Shown piece by piece: positions 1 to 10,426 of a stretch of DNA of 64,000 bases (the stretch's first letter is position 1; each line of letters begins with the position of its first letter). Position numbers and translations under genes: made by a program. The notes below the pieces were generated by a model. It had not been told where the DNA came from. It searched no databases and worked only from the letters and a program-made list of their open reading frames with translations. This DNA comes from Fimbriimonadales bacterium. GTDB lineage: Bacteria > Armatimonadota > Fimbriimonadia > Fimbriimonadales > JABRVX01. Where the stretch lies: positions 100,920 to 164,919 of the forward strand of contig BTVI01000001.1 of the NCBI GenBank assembly GCA_045862955.1, in the 5' to 3' direction.

Positions 1-2811
1 GCCTGCCTGGTCTCGGCCATTCCACACGGCCTGGTTAGCACCGGCAGCACGAGAGCCGGTGGACAGCATAGCCACTTGCTTCCCGGTCTGGGAGAGGATG
101 CTAACGCTAACATGGGCCTCGCGGTTCAACGAGTACACCACCGTGTAGCTCACACCTCCTCGACCTTTGGACGACGTAACTCCCAGTCCCGTTACCATTA
201 GCTTAGCGGCAGAGCTCGGGGTTGCCACGACCTTGAAGAGCCTGGGTGTTCCATCTGCAGCGGGTCGGAAGCTAAAGCTGCTCGTATGGTTCATCGAAAT
301 CCTGCGCCCGGATACCGTATCCACGAGCGTGTAGGACACTCCCGATGCCGAGCGGACGATCTCCTCCCACTCCAACGTGACTTCACTATCGTTGTTAGGC
401 GCCGTTACCGCTAGGGTCCATTCGATGTTGTGCGCGCTAGCGGGCTTGAGAACCTGGGCGAACGGTGTCCGGCCGTCATCGCCGACTATTGTTAGTCTCA
501 CCGAGTCGATCGGTGCAGGGGCTTTCGGCACCGTGTCATAGGACGCATTCGGCTCTGCGGTCACACCGATGTAGTTGCGTGCGTCGCGCATGCCGCCTGC
601 CGTTGCGGCGAGACGCAAGGCCCATCCATCGCCACGAATCGCGGGGCGGTCATCACCCGGAGCACGGGAGGACGTCGGAAGGGGGTGAATGATCAGCCTG
701 CACTCCTTGCGGCAGTAGACCCAAGCACCTTCCCAAGGATAAAGCTGGCCCTGTGGCGCTGCGCGCCAACTATATGCGAGCTCCGTGGGGGACCAGCGAT
801 AGATCTGCGGCCGGATGAACTCGTCCGCGATGGCCTCTTCCAGGCTCATTCGCTTGTTGACGGACTGCACCTCGACCGAGTTCCAGTCCACCACGAATGG
901 GAACGGGTTGCCGAACATCTGCCAACCCGGCTTCAGTCCGATGCTATACGAGTTGTCGGTGTCCGGCGGGTTCTGCACCGGGAGGGGCGTTGCCAGCGGG
1001 ATGGTGAGGAAGTAGCCTACTCCGAAGGGTCGGAAGTCGCCGGAGACACCAACCTTCGTGACGTCGGCATCGGGCGGAGCGAAGGATGCCCTTGCGTCGC
1101 TGGTATCCGACTGGGTGTAGCGCGCCCACTCCCCATCGGGCACCGGGTTGCCGTTTCGATCCTGGTAAACGAAGCGCTGAAGGCGGAACGTACCGGCGAT
1201 CAGTTGCTCGGGTCGAGCGTTCCCAACACCGTACGGCACTGCGAACATGGCAGTTCCGGCGGGCTGTACCCTGGGTTGCACTCGGAAGGTCCGCGTCGGC
1301 ACAGGCGAGATGGGGTTACCGTTGATTGCACTAGTAGCAGTTACCGAGAGTGTGTGGGAGCCGCTGGAGAACGCCCGCGTGAAGTCGATCTCCGAGAAGA
1401 CACTGTCAATCGGTGTGATGGTGCCGTGCGGGATCACGGTCGTGCCGTCGCGCACTACCACCGATTCCGGCACTACGTTTCCGAGTCGGATACGCACTCG
1501 AATGTTCGTGTATTCGAACACCTCGTTGGCTGCCGGAGACAGGAACTGAACCGACCCGCCGAACCGTCGCAGTGCCTCGAACAGGTCGATCTCCCCGTAA
1601 CCATAGTCGGGGTTCGGAACACTCAAGTTGTGTGTATTAGCGGAGGAGCGGAGCACGTCGAATACGTCTGTTGCAGCGACTCCCTGAGAAAGCAACATCG
1701 CGATGGCCCCAGACGCCATAGGAGCGGCAAACGACGTGCCTACTGCCGTAGTGTAGATGCCACGCATGTCCATGACTGTAGTGGCTTCCGAAGGCCCGTA
1801 TCCGTCTCCAGCCGGTGCTGCGAAGTCGACCTTGCGGCTTCGGTCGGTGGAACCCGGATTGGAGTAGCTGGCAATAGAGCCGCCCCGCGCTGTCGCTCCA
1901 ATCGAGATGACGTTCGTGTAGCTCGCTGGCCAACCTGCCAATAGGGGTCGGTCATTTCCCGACGACGCGACGATCAGGGTGCCTTGGTTGAATATCTGGT
2001 TGATCAGCTCCTCTTCTCGTGCACTTCGGTTATAGCTACCAAGGCTGAGGTTGAGGACCGCGACTTTAGGTGTGCGCGAGTTGTTGTAGTCAACCACCCA
2101 CTGGAGTGACTCCTCGTACAAGGCTGCAGAGAAGAACCAGGGGTTATCTGTTGCGCGGATTGGGAGAATCTTGATACCCTCCCAGCACACGCCGGCCATG
2201 CCGATCGCGTTGTTCGTTGCCGCGGCAATCACACTGGCAACCATCGTTCCATGAGAGTCGGGCCAGTTGGCGTCCGGGCTAGGATCGTTGCTGTCGTCAT
2301 CGGCGTTGTAGCCGGGAAGCATTCGGGACTGCCCGCCTCCGAGTTGGAAGTCGGGGTGCGAAATGTCTACCGACGTGTCCAGCACGCAGACGACGATTCC
2401 GTCTTTGCCCTTCTGGAAATCCCAAGTCAGATGGACGTTCATCTGCTTAAGATTCCACTGCTGTGGATACAAGGGATCATTCGGGGTCTGCTCGTGGCGG
2501 AAGTACTTCCAGTTCGGCTCCGGGTTTCGGACTCCGGGAAGCTCGGCAAGTTCCTTCGCCTTCTCGATAGCAAGCTGAGAGGCGTTCGGCATCGCTGCCT
2601 GCTTAATGCGGAGCAGAAAGGAGTTTGGCACTCTCATAGCACGCACGAACTCCAGCCCGTTCGCCTCGGCGAAGGCTCTCGCCTGTGCAATGGTAGTACC
2701 TGGTGCCAGCGTCACACGGATCTCTCCGTTGACGACGTCACCCGCCTCACTCGACTGTGCAGCTCCTGCTGCTGCCAACGCGAGGCCCAGTCCAATCAGC
2801 CATAGTCTCAT
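1..2811 (-). CDS. Secreted subtilisin-family (S8) serine peptidase with C-terminal FlgD-Ig-like module; 3' end runs off the window
   Basis: Not in the ORF track, presumably because no stop lies inside the window. Manual translation (start, catalytic regions and last ~220 codons) from ATG 2811 gives signal peptide MRLWLIGLGLALAAAGA, PNDPLYPQQWNL, catalytic motifs VVCVLDTSVD, HGTMVASVIAA and GTSFAAPMASG, and ends at position 1 in VWNGRDQAG (FlgD-Ig motif). Confidence 0.9.
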   Translation of the reverse strand, partial: MRLWLIGLGLALAAAGAAQSSEAGDVVNGEIRVTLAPGTTIAQARAFAEANGLEFVRAMRVPNSFLLRIKQAAMPNASQLAIEKAKELAELPGVRNPEPNWKYFRHEQTPNDPLYPQQWNLKQMNVHLTWDFQKGKDGIVVCVLDTSVDISHPDFQLGGGQSRMLPGYNADDDSNDPSPDANWPDSHGTMVASVIAAATNNAIGMAGVCWEGIKILPIRATDNPWFFSAALYEESLQWVVDYNNSRTPKVAVLNLSLGSYNRSAREEELINQIFNQGTLIVASSGNDRPLLAGWPASYTNVISIGATARGGSIASYSNPGSTDRSRKVDFAAPAGDGYGPSEATTVMDMRGIYTTAVGTSFAAPMASGAIAMLLSQGVAATDVFDVLRSSANTHNLSVPNPDYGYGEIDLFEALRRFGGSVQFLSPAANEVFEYTNIRVRIRLGNVVPESVVVRDGTTVIPHGTITPIDSVFSEIDFTRAFSSGSHTLSVTATSAINGNPISPVPTRTFRVQPRVQPAGTAMFAVPYGVGNARPEQLIAGTFRLQRFVYQDRNGNPVPDGEWARYTQSDTSDARASFAPPDADVTKVGVSGDFRPFGVGYFLTIPLATPLPVQNPPDTDNSYSIGLKPGWQMFGNPFPFVVDWNSVEVQSVNKRMSLEEAIADEFIRPQIYRWSPTELAYSWRAAPQGQLYPWEGAWVYCRKECRLIIHPLPTSSRAPGDDRPAIRGDGWALRLAATAGGMRDARNYIGVTAEPNASYDTVPKAPAPIDSVRLTIVGDDGRTPFAQVLKPASAHNIEWTLAVTAPNNDSEVTLEWEEIVRSASGVSYTLVDTVSGRRISMNHTSSFSFRPAADGTPRLFKVVATPSSAAKLMVTGLGVTSSKGRGGVSYTVVYSLNREAHVSVSILSQTGKQVAMLSTGSRAAGANQAVWNGRDQAG

Positions 2812-2859
2812 CTAGACCACCTCGAATGTCCGAGTTCGCACACCGTGTGAGCTGCCAAC

Positions 2860-4620
2860 CTATTTCCCCGGCGAAGGGGGCGGCGGCGGCTCGTCAACCG
2901 GAGTGAACTCCCATGGCTCAGAGAAAACGAACCGATTGCCATTCTTATCCGGCACAGGTCCGGGCGAGTCGTTCAGGTTTCGTGCACCCACCCTCCAGTA
3001 GAGCCGCTGGGCTCCAGGGAACAATCCGCGAATGTCGAGCGTGTCACTACTCAGTATCCCGCTCTGCTGGGTCGTCGGCAGGAAGAACACGTTGCGCACC
3101 GCTGTTCCTCGAGGGAACGTAAGGTCGCGCGATACCTGCACCACGTAGTAGTTAGCGCCGGGCACCGCTCGCCACGAGAAGCGAACGCTCTTCAAGTTCA
3201 CGCTTTCCGACCCATTGACCGGCTGTTCGAGCCCCACCTGTTCTAGGACGGTAGCCGTGCCGCGGGCGTTCACCGGATCGCTCTCGAAGAAGCAGTCCGT
3301 CTGCTGGTCTCCTCCACCACCGGGAAGGTCAATAGACTTTACGCGGTAGACCAGCGAGAGCGAGTAGTTGTAGGTGCGCCCCGGGACCAGGGCCACTTCC
3401 GTCCCTTCCTCAGTGCCAGGGTCCTCGATGCAGTCGGTACCGGGGCCGATTAGCTCGATCTGGCGCCAGTTGAATGCGAGTGGCGCGGTGTCGTCAATGA
3501 AGAAGTTCTCGGTTCCGAGCACTACACCGATGGGCGCGTTCGCCACGTCGTTCCGCCAGATATGCCACTCTACACGGGTGTAGTTTGCGATTGCGAAGAG
3601 GTTCGGGTTCCAACTAACCTTCACACCCGACCCCCGAGCGGGGTCGAATATGGCTTCCGTCGTGAGGTCGTTGGTCGCCGTATTGCTCCCGCCTCCTCCC
3701 GGACCCGTGATGAGAGCCAGGACGAGCCCGACCACGAGCGCGGTTACGAAAATATTGCCGAGGTTCCTCTGTTTCGGTGCCCCTCGGATCACCTTGGTTC
3801 CGACAATCTTGAGTTCCTCGACGGGGAAGATGGCCCTAGCTTTGTCCCCTGGCCGAACACCTTTCGTGCTTTCGACCACGGCGGCTTCGGCATCATCGGC
3901 GGAGACTTCGATGACCTTGATAGTAGCCACATAGTCACCGTAGCGGAGGACGAGCATCTCCATGCCGGGGCGGATGCCTTCGCGCGCACCCTTATTCATC
4001 AAGACTTTCTGGGGGTTCGCGAACAGGATGGTAGCATCCGGGATTTTCAAGCTAGAGATCGTGGTGACGGCCTCGAGGGCGGCAAGTTGGATGGCCTCTT
4101 GCACGAGAGCGTCTTCGCCACCGGTCATTCCGACCCGGCCCGTGCTTTCACCGACCACGCCACTGGCGCCACGAATAGCCCTACCCGACGCGGAGTCGTA
4201 CACGTACACACTCATCACGACGCGCGCCCTGAGGGGGTTCTTCGTGATCAGTACTTGGTCCACGGTGCCAGACACGATGGCCTCGCACTGCAACTCCTGC
4301 CCGATCTTCAGGTACTTCAGACGATCGAGCGGAGGCGCCATGCCCAGGTCTTTGAGCGTCTGGTCCACGGTGTTCTTTGGCAGCACGTCGTATCGCTGGC
4401 TCTTGCTCAGCTCGATGCGGACGCTGTCGGTTGCCATGGCTGCGGTCGCTGCGCCGCCGTAGTCGGATCGGTTCACGAACTCGACCACTGCCCAGCTGGG
4501 TAGCTCGACCTGCGCCTGCGCTCGTCCGGCGGAGAACCCCTGGTAGCAAGTCAGGAGCATGCTTACCACAAGCACTCGGCTGATAGTGCGCGCCAATGGC
4601 GTATTGATGAAACGTCTCAC
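2860..4620 (-). CDS. Exported protein with N-terminal CsgG/TolB-N/FlgT-like domain, internal hydrophobic segment and poly-Pro C-terminus
   Basis: 586-aa ORF with SD GGAGG and signal peptide; WAVVEFVNRS...AIVSGTV pattern typical of CsgG-like folds; NKGAREGIRPGM resembles FlgT C-terminal domain; ends PPPPPSPGK. Fold assignment is by eye. Confidence 0.6.
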   Translation of the reverse strand: MRRFINTPLARTISRVLVVSMLLTCYQGFSAGRAQAQVELPSWAVVEFVNRSDYGGAATAAMATDSVRIELSKSQRYDVLPKNTVDQTLKDLGMAPPLDRLKYLKIGQELQCEAIVSGTVDQVLITKNPLRARVVMSVYVYDSASGRAIRGASGVVGESTGRVGMTGGEDALVQEAIQLAALEAVTTISSLKIPDATILFANPQKVLMNKGAREGIRPGMEMLVLRYGDYVATIKVIEVSADDAEAAVVESTKGVRPGDKARAIFPVEELKIVGTKVIRGAPKQRNLGNIFVTALVVGLVLALITGPGGGGSNTATNDLTTEAIFDPARGSGVKVSWNPNLFAIANYTRVEWHIWRNDVANAPIGVVLGTENFFIDDTAPLAFNWRQIELIGPGTDCIEDPGTEEGTEVALVPGRTYNYSLSLVYRVKSIDLPGGGGDQQTDCFFESDPVNARGTATVLEQVGLEQPVNGSESVNLKSVRFSWRAVPGANYYVVQVSRDLTFPRGTAVRNVFFLPTTQQSGILSSDTLDIRGLFPGAQRLYWRVGARNLNDSPGPVPDKNGNRFVFSEPWEFTPVDEPPPPPSPGK

Positions 4621-4672
4621 TTCAGTTTCTCCTCCGTAATCCGGATTCTCATACCGATCCTTGGTGTGCGCC

Positions 4673-7600
4673 TTAGCGCTTCAGCACAACAGGCGTCACG
4701 GCGCGAGCGATCTGGCCGTCTTCGGTCGTGGCTCGCACTTCAATCGTATACATGCCGGGCGGCACGGACACGCCGCGGCCATCTCTCCCATCCCAGGTCA
4801 CTGACTGCACGCCGGCCGACGCTACTAACCGATTGTCGATCACACGCACCGGCTTGCCGGACGGCGCGATCACGGTCACCTGCACGCTCGCCTCGGTCGA
4901 AAGAGTGAAGCTGATCGAGGCGGCACCACTCCGAGTCGCCTGAGCGACGGGGTTGGTGATACGTAGCACTCGATTCGCCGAGATCGACTCGATGCGGAAC
5001 TTGCGCACTGCACCGTCCGAAGGCACGAAGCTGTAGGACGAGGTTGACCGCATGAACACACGCTTGCCGGCTTGCTCGTCCACCAGAACGAGGTTCAGAT
5101 TGCGAGGCAGTTGGCTCATCGCGGGCCAGCGCAGTGTTGCCTGCGTCCCAGCGCCGCTTGTCTCCACGACGAAATTCCACACTTGTGTTCCGGCGACCGG
5201 GCCGCGAACGTCGGAGACATACCTACCCGATCGTGCACCCCAATCCGTGCGAGGTACGTACACACGTACATACTTTTCTTCATCGGAGGGCGGACGCGGG
5301 AAGTCGTATCGGCTGTCGAAGCCGTCCGTCGCGCTGTTCGACACCCCGATGAACGCTGCCGTATCCTGAAGCCCCGTCTCTGTGTAGACGTGGATGGGCA
5401 GACGCCACCCATCGCTTAAGCGTGACCAATCCGACCCGTCGGGTCCGTATGCCCTTCCGTCACCACCTGGTGCAGAGCCACCAGACGGATCCACTAGCAA
5501 CGTTACGTCCTCATAGGCCAGGAACCATGCACCCTGATACTGTCCGAGTGTTAGGCTCTCGTCCTTCACCAGGAAGCCAGACTGCATCTTCCAGATGATA
5601 GGCACTACCCAACCGGCAGCCACTGCCTCGTTATATCCGAGCACTCCTCCCGGCCCACTGACGAAGCTGTTACCCAGCCGCACATCGAACTGGAACGGAT
5701 CGCCGATGAGGTTCCACCCGGCCTTGATAGCGATTGGATAGATGTTATTCGGGTCGGCCGGCGTGCCTGGCGTCGTGAGCGCCATGTTCGTGTCGTTAGA
5801 TAGGAAGTAGCCTCGGCCTAGGCGGAACCGGTCTGCCGGTGCCATTGGGTAGTTGAGGAACAGCTGCCTGTCCACGTCCCAAGCCGTCAGCTTGAAGTTG
5901 GGCCCGCCATTGAGCAACTGCTTCGGGTCTTCGGTCAGGTAGTTGAACGGAACCGAGATCAGGTTAGTAAACCGAGCGAAGTTGGCCAGCGGCGTCAGAA
6001 TGATGTCGTCAGCGTACTTCGGCAAGCCGTCCGGCGGGGTATCGCCGTCCGGTACCGTCACGGTGATAGGCGCCGGCGGCCGGAATCCGGTCCCAGTGGT
6101 ATCCACATGCACCGTGTACGCATTGATGTTATCACCGAGCTTGCAGCCAGGCGCGGCGAACTCGTAGTTGTAGACGTTGCCGCCCGAGGTGATCGGGGGC
6201 GAGAACGTCACCGTGTTGCACACCGTCACGTTGTTCAGCTTAACCAGCACGGGCAGACCAGCGGGTGCGGCCTCGTAGCTGCTACCGCTGAGTCTCGTCT
6301 TCACGTAGCCGCGGAGTGTGCGAGGCGCAACTGGCGACAACTGAACGTCCTGTGTGATGGTGAACCCTGACGGCACATTCACCGAGATATCGTTGCGGGT
6401 CCGGAATCCGAACGCCGACACCACTAGAGTGTAGTTGCCTGCGGGAAGGTCTATGCCGCTCGCCGCGAAGTCGTACTGACCATTCGCGTCGCTCAGCACG
6501 GGACCATACGTGACTTGCTGCCCGAAGCGCGTGATGCGTGCGTTGAGCTGTGCACCAGGGATGACTGGGTTTCCAGCTTCTGTCGAAGTCACGGTCCCTA
6601 TGAGGTTCCCAGGCGGTCTAAAAATGATGAACGTGTCGGAGCCGGGTGGGTCCGGGTTGCCGGTATTGATTGTGGTCGTCACCCCGGCATCCACCACTAC
6701 CGTAGCGGATGGCGGCTGGCTGGTATCCGAGAATCCAATGGCGGTACCATCTACCGTCACCGTCCAGTTGCCGCGGTTGCAAGTGATCAAGAAGCGACCC
6801 TCGCTGTTCGTGAGACCAGAGACAGGCGGAATGGTCGGGAAGTCCGATGTCAGTGTGACCGTAACGTTGCCCACTGGCGAGCCGTTCTCGTCGACGACGC
6901 GGCCGGTAACGGAACCCGGCGGCTCCTTTGTAATGATCAGGTTGATAGTATTAGCATCTTCCTTGTTGACCTGTCCACCGTGGATGCCCAGGATCACTTC
7001 GGGGTGCTGAATGCGGAAGCCGGGCTTAACCGCATCTACGAAGTAGTGACCCGGCAGCAGGCCGGTGATCACATACTCACCATTGGAGTCTGTTAGGGCC
7101 GCTCCCAGAACTTGGCCTACCGTCGTCGGATCCTTTCCATTGCCACTGATCCAGCGCACCAGGACGCCGGGCTCGGGCTTCTTCTCCAAAGTATCCGGGT
7201 CGATCGCCTCGACCTTGCCATACGCGCGGGCCGTTCTCATCCAGCAGAGCATGCCGTGGAGCTGCTCATAGCGCCGACTGTCCGACCAGGCCACGTCCCC
7301 ATACAGCGGTACCGTAATGACGCGGTGCGAGGAGTGCACGCCCTCCAATCCGTAGGACAGGAAGACCGTCTTCGCCCGCGATGCATGGGTAGCAGCTACC
7401 GAAGCGAACCCACCCGACGCATATCGGTATGGTCGCCACACCGACGGAATCGAGATCGTACCGACTGCGTTGATCGAATCGATCCAGAGCTGATTCCACG
7501 CACCGTCAATGGTGACCGACCCGGCAACTAACACACCCGGAGTCTGGAGCTGCAGACCGAAGGGGGTCTTCACTAACTGCGCAGGATCGGCCAAGAAGTT

Positions 7601-10321
7601 CTGCGTGGACCAATCGTCCAGCTCGCCATCGGGCCTAGGCCAGTGGTAGTCCCATGGTCCGAGGACAACTGGGTCACCCGGTCCACCTTCCACGACGTCG
7701 CCGGAGTCGATCAACCGATGGCGTGAGGCGTTATAAGTGCCCACTTGGATATCCGGTCCGACGTCGTCCACATACTGCACTTTGAAGTAGTTGGTCAGGA
7801 AGGTGCTGGGTATCTGACCACCCTGTGTTAGTGCCCAGGCTATATCCTGGCCACTAAGGACGAGACGGCCTCCCGCATCGAGATACTGCTGAACGACCTG
7901 TCGCACCTCTTGTATGTGGATACCGACGCGCTCGGTCCACAGGTCCCCCGCGTATGGTGCCGCCCACACTACCGCGCGTTCCGCCACCAGCACTTGGCGG
8001 GTCTGCAGCGGGTTGTTCGGATCCACCTGTTGATCGAGTCGTGGCAGGTACTGCGCAAGGGCGGTCAGCGGGATGGGACCCCGGCACTGAGTTCGCCAGA
8101 TGTCGGCTTCTTGATAAACGGCGGTCGGGCCGAGGGTGTCGAGCGTCTCGCCCGTTCTGGGGTACGGCTCACCCCATGGGGCAGGCAGATAGAACTTGTC
8201 GCGAACGCCAGCCGTGGTATAGAACCATGCGTTCTCTCCATGCGTGGCGGGGTTGCGCAACCAATAGCTTTCTACCGGTGCCCATGTCGTACGTGCGAAC
8301 AGGCGGCCGAGCAGCGGATCGAAGTTCAGGTCTTGCGCGAAGAGCTGACCTGCTATGTAGTCCGCAACGAACAGGATCGGGTTTCTAGCAGCGAAGAGCT
8401 GCGTAGTAAAACCGGAGATGTTGTCGTAAACGAGCTGATTGCCTGCGACGTCCTCTACGAGCAGGTCGAGGTAGAAATCGCTCGGCTGCAGGGGTGTCAC
8501 CCATGTGTTCGTGTACCAGTTGTCTCCTGCAACCTCACCTTCCGGCTCGTGGCCCCCTTCGCTAACCGGTCCGTCGTCGAAAAGCTGGAGGCCGTCTCTC
8601 AGATCGGATTCCCCCACCGTGCCGACGAACAGTACCCAAGGGAAGGCATAGTTGTAGGTATATGGATTCACTACCTCTTGCCCGATCTCGACGAACAGGT
8701 CCATCTTTTGGCCGGTTGCCGGGAAGGCACGTTGGCCGAACGGATCCGGCAGGTCTCCGCGGAGCTTGAGGTAAAGGCGATGCTCAACGCCTTCGCTGTC
8801 CACCTCGGCGCCGTCCGGGTCCTTGAACTGAGCGTACACGTGCTTGACGCCGGTCTGGAGGTCGGTGACCCACGCTTTGATTTTGATCGGTTGCCCAGGC
8901 ATGCCCTCGCGTGGTTCGACGATGGGCAACACCTCGAGCATGGGCGGCGACGAGTCCACGAAGAGCCCGATCCAAAGGTCATGGAATCCGTCTTTCTGAT
9001 TCACGGGTGGGTTCGGCCTGTCCGAAACATAGACTAGCCAGTTGAGGCGGAATGCCTCCGTCGGATCCGTCGCACCCTGCTTACCAGTGGTATCTCCCGC
9101 GGGGTCCGCCGTGTAGGCGATTGGGGTATTGAGCGCGTTGTCCTCAGGGACCTCGGGGCTGAACTGATAGATATCGTAGCTGTTACCAACGCTGTTAGCC
9201 GCCACACGGATGCTCAGCTTCCCGTCATACCGAGCTTTGCGCGTAGAAGCGAAGAGGATTCGTGCGCCATCGCTCCGCCAGACGGGGTCGCGGTCTTTGG
9301 AGGGCGTGCCACCAGACTGGAAGTTGGTCCAAGGCATCGCACCATCCAACGGCATTCCCAACACGTACATGTACAAGCGCTCACCGGTGGCTGTGCGGCG
9401 CGTGAAGATGATGCGCGAGCCGTCAGGCGACCAGTCGGGGTCCACGTCATCCGCACCCGGGGGTGGCTCGGTTAGCTGCCGGGTGAAGGCCCCGTCCGGA
9501 TAGGGCGAGCCGTCCGCCCGAGAGCGATAGAGTTTGTACGGCCCACCGGTTGCAAGCCGGGCCGCAAACACCACCTCGGTCCCTCCGGGGGAGAAGGCAG
9601 GGTGGATGCTGTCGCCGAGGGGGCGCACCGGATCGTAGTTCACTCGGATTGGAGGGACGTTGGTGCTGAGATATCGGACGTAGATATCGAAGTTACCCGA
9701 CCCGACCGTGCTGCGCCGCGAGTACACGATAGCATTCGAGGCCAAGTTGCTGTCTGGATAGCGCTGCTCGCCGAAGCGTTCCTCCGGTAGGTTCGGATCA
9801 TTGCCCGTAATCTGCTGCGCGTTCAGCCCCTCCATATCACATCGCCAGATATGGTACGCCTGGTTTACACCGTCCCACACGAGACGCCCGGTCGAATCGA
9901 CGCCGCTCGCATTCGAGGAGAACCAAAGACGTGTATCGCCCTGGGCAAACTTGGGCTCTAGAACGTCGGCGGCAGTCAGCGTGATGTCTCGGTCTTGAGG
10001 CGGGCCGCCTCGGGTAGTGCCTTGCCACCGTGCGGCGAGGCTCTCCTTCGAGAATGGCAGATGCCTGGCGATCTCGAACGGGGTCTGTATTACCGGGAAG
10101 GTGACCACGTTCTTCTCCGGCACCCCCGGAATACGCTCCACCGACTGCGCTGGAGGAAGTTCCTTCCGATACTGTTTCGTTCGGACGAGACCGCTCCGGT
10201 CGGCGAGCTTCGCTGCGTCCCCGGGCGGGGGAGGGGTCTGCGAGAAAGATGAACCAGGAGAAGCGAATAAGAGCGCGGCGCTGAGAATAACGCCAACCAC
10301 CGTAGCGCCTTTAGGTTTCAC
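4673..10321 (-). CDS. Large exported protein: PD40/TolB-like propeller, carboxypeptidase-regulatory-like Ig repeats, C-terminal FlgD-Ig module
   Basis: 1897-aa ORF; likely GTG start at 10321 after GAGGAGG (ATG 10366 also possible); PAFSPGG/PDWSPDG PD40 repeats, GxVxDxNGxP beta-sandwich repeats, C-terminal VTWDGRDGRGVSVPPGMY. Confidence 0.8.
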   Translation of the reverse strand: MKPKGATVVGVILSAALLFASPGSSFSQTPPPPGDAAKLADRSGLVRTKQYRKELPPAQSVERIPGVPEKNVVTFPVIQTPFEIARHLPFSKESLAARWQGTTRGGPPQDRDITLTAADVLEPKFAQGDTRLWFSSNASGVDSTGRLVWDGVNQAYHIWRCDMEGLNAQQITGNDPNLPEERFGEQRYPDSNLASNAIVYSRRSTVGSGNFDIYVRYLSTNVPPIRVNYDPVRPLGDSIHPAFSPGGTEVVFAARLATGGPYKLYRSRADGSPYPDGAFTRQLTEPPPGADDVDPDWSPDGSRIIFTRRTATGERLYMYVLGMPLDGAMPWTNFQSGGTPSKDRDPVWRSDGARILFASTRKARYDGKLSIRVAANSVGNSYDIYQFSPEVPEDNALNTPIAYTADPAGDTTGKQGATDPTEAFRLNWLVYVSDRPNPPVNQKDGFHDLWIGLFVDSSPPMLEVLPIVEPREGMPGQPIKIKAWVTDLQTGVKHVYAQFKDPDGAEVDSEGVEHRLYLKLRGDLPDPFGQRAFPATGQKMDLFVEIGQEVVNPYTYNYAFPWVLFVGTVGESDLRDGLQLFDDGPVSEGGHEPEGEVAGDNWYTNTWVTPLQPSDFYLDLLVEDVAGNQLVYDNISGFTTQLFAARNPILFVADYIAGQLFAQDLNFDPLLGRLFARTTWAPVESYWLRNPATHGENAWFYTTAGVRDKFYLPAPWGEPYPRTGETLDTLGPTAVYQEADIWRTQCRGPIPLTALAQYLPRLDQQVDPNNPLQTRQVLVAERAVVWAAPYAGDLWTERVGIHIQEVRQVVQQYLDAGGRLVLSGQDIAWALTQGGQIPSTFLTNYFKVQYVDDVGPDIQVGTYNASRHRLIDSGDVVEGGPGDPVVLGPWDYHWPRPDGELDDWSTQNFLADPAQLVKTPFGLQLQTPGVLVAGSVTIDGAWNQLWIDSINAVGTISIPSVWRPYRYASGGFASVAATHASRAKTVFLSYGLEGVHSSHRVITVPLYGDVAWSDSRRYEQLHGMLCWMRTARAYGKVEAIDPDTLEKKPEPGVLVRWISGNGKDPTTVGQVLGAALTDSNGEYVITGLLPGHYFVDAVKPGFRIQHPEVILGIHGGQVNKEDANTINLIITKEPPGSVTGRVVDENGSPVGNVTVTLTSDFPTIPPVSGLTNSEGRFLITCNRGNWTVTVDGTAIGFSDTSQPPSATVVVDAGVTTTINTGNPDPPGSDTFIIFRPPGNLIGTVTSTEAGNPVIPGAQLNARITRFGQQVTYGPVLSDANGQYDFAASGIDLPAGNYTLVVSAFGFRTRNDISVNVPSGFTITQDVQLSPVAPRTLRGYVKTRLSGSSYEAAPAGLPVLVKLNNVTVCNTVTFSPPITSGGNVYNYEFAAPGCKLGDNINAYTVHVDTTGTGFRPPAPITVTVPDGDTPPDGLPKYADDIILTPLANFARFTNLISVPFNYLTEDPKQLLNGGPNFKLTAWDVDRQLFLNYPMAPADRFRLGRGYFLSNDTNMALTTPGTPADPNNIYPIAIKAGWNLIGDPFQFDVRLGNSFVSGPGGVLGYNEAVAAGWVVPIIWKMQSGFLVKDESLTLGQYQGAWFLAYEDVTLLVDPSGGSAPGGDGRAYGPDGSDWSRLSDGWRLPIHVYTETGLQDTAAFIGVSNSATDGFDSRYDFPRPPSDEEKYVRVYVPRTDWGARSGRYVSDVRGPVAGTQVWNFVVETSGAGTQATLRWPAMSQLPRNLNLVLVDEQAGKRVFMRSTSSYSFVPSDGAVRKFRIESISANRVLRITNPVAQATRSGAASISFTLSTEASVQVTVIAPSGKPVRVIDNRLVASAGVQSVTWDGRDGRGVSVPPGMYTIEVRATTEDGQIARAVTPVVLKR

Positions 10322-10426
10322 TGGGCACTCGACCTCCTCAATCACCGTCGCCGGTAACGCCTCCATGCGTAACGCGGGATTATAGCATAACCCCTTCTGC
10401 GTTGCACTTTCGAGGCGGGCGGCATC

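Noticed and set aside
685..1944. 419-aa plus-strand ORF and similar long antisense ORFs throughout the window
   Set aside because: Shadow ORFs opposite well-supported genes (here the S8 peptidase), expected in GC-rich DNA.
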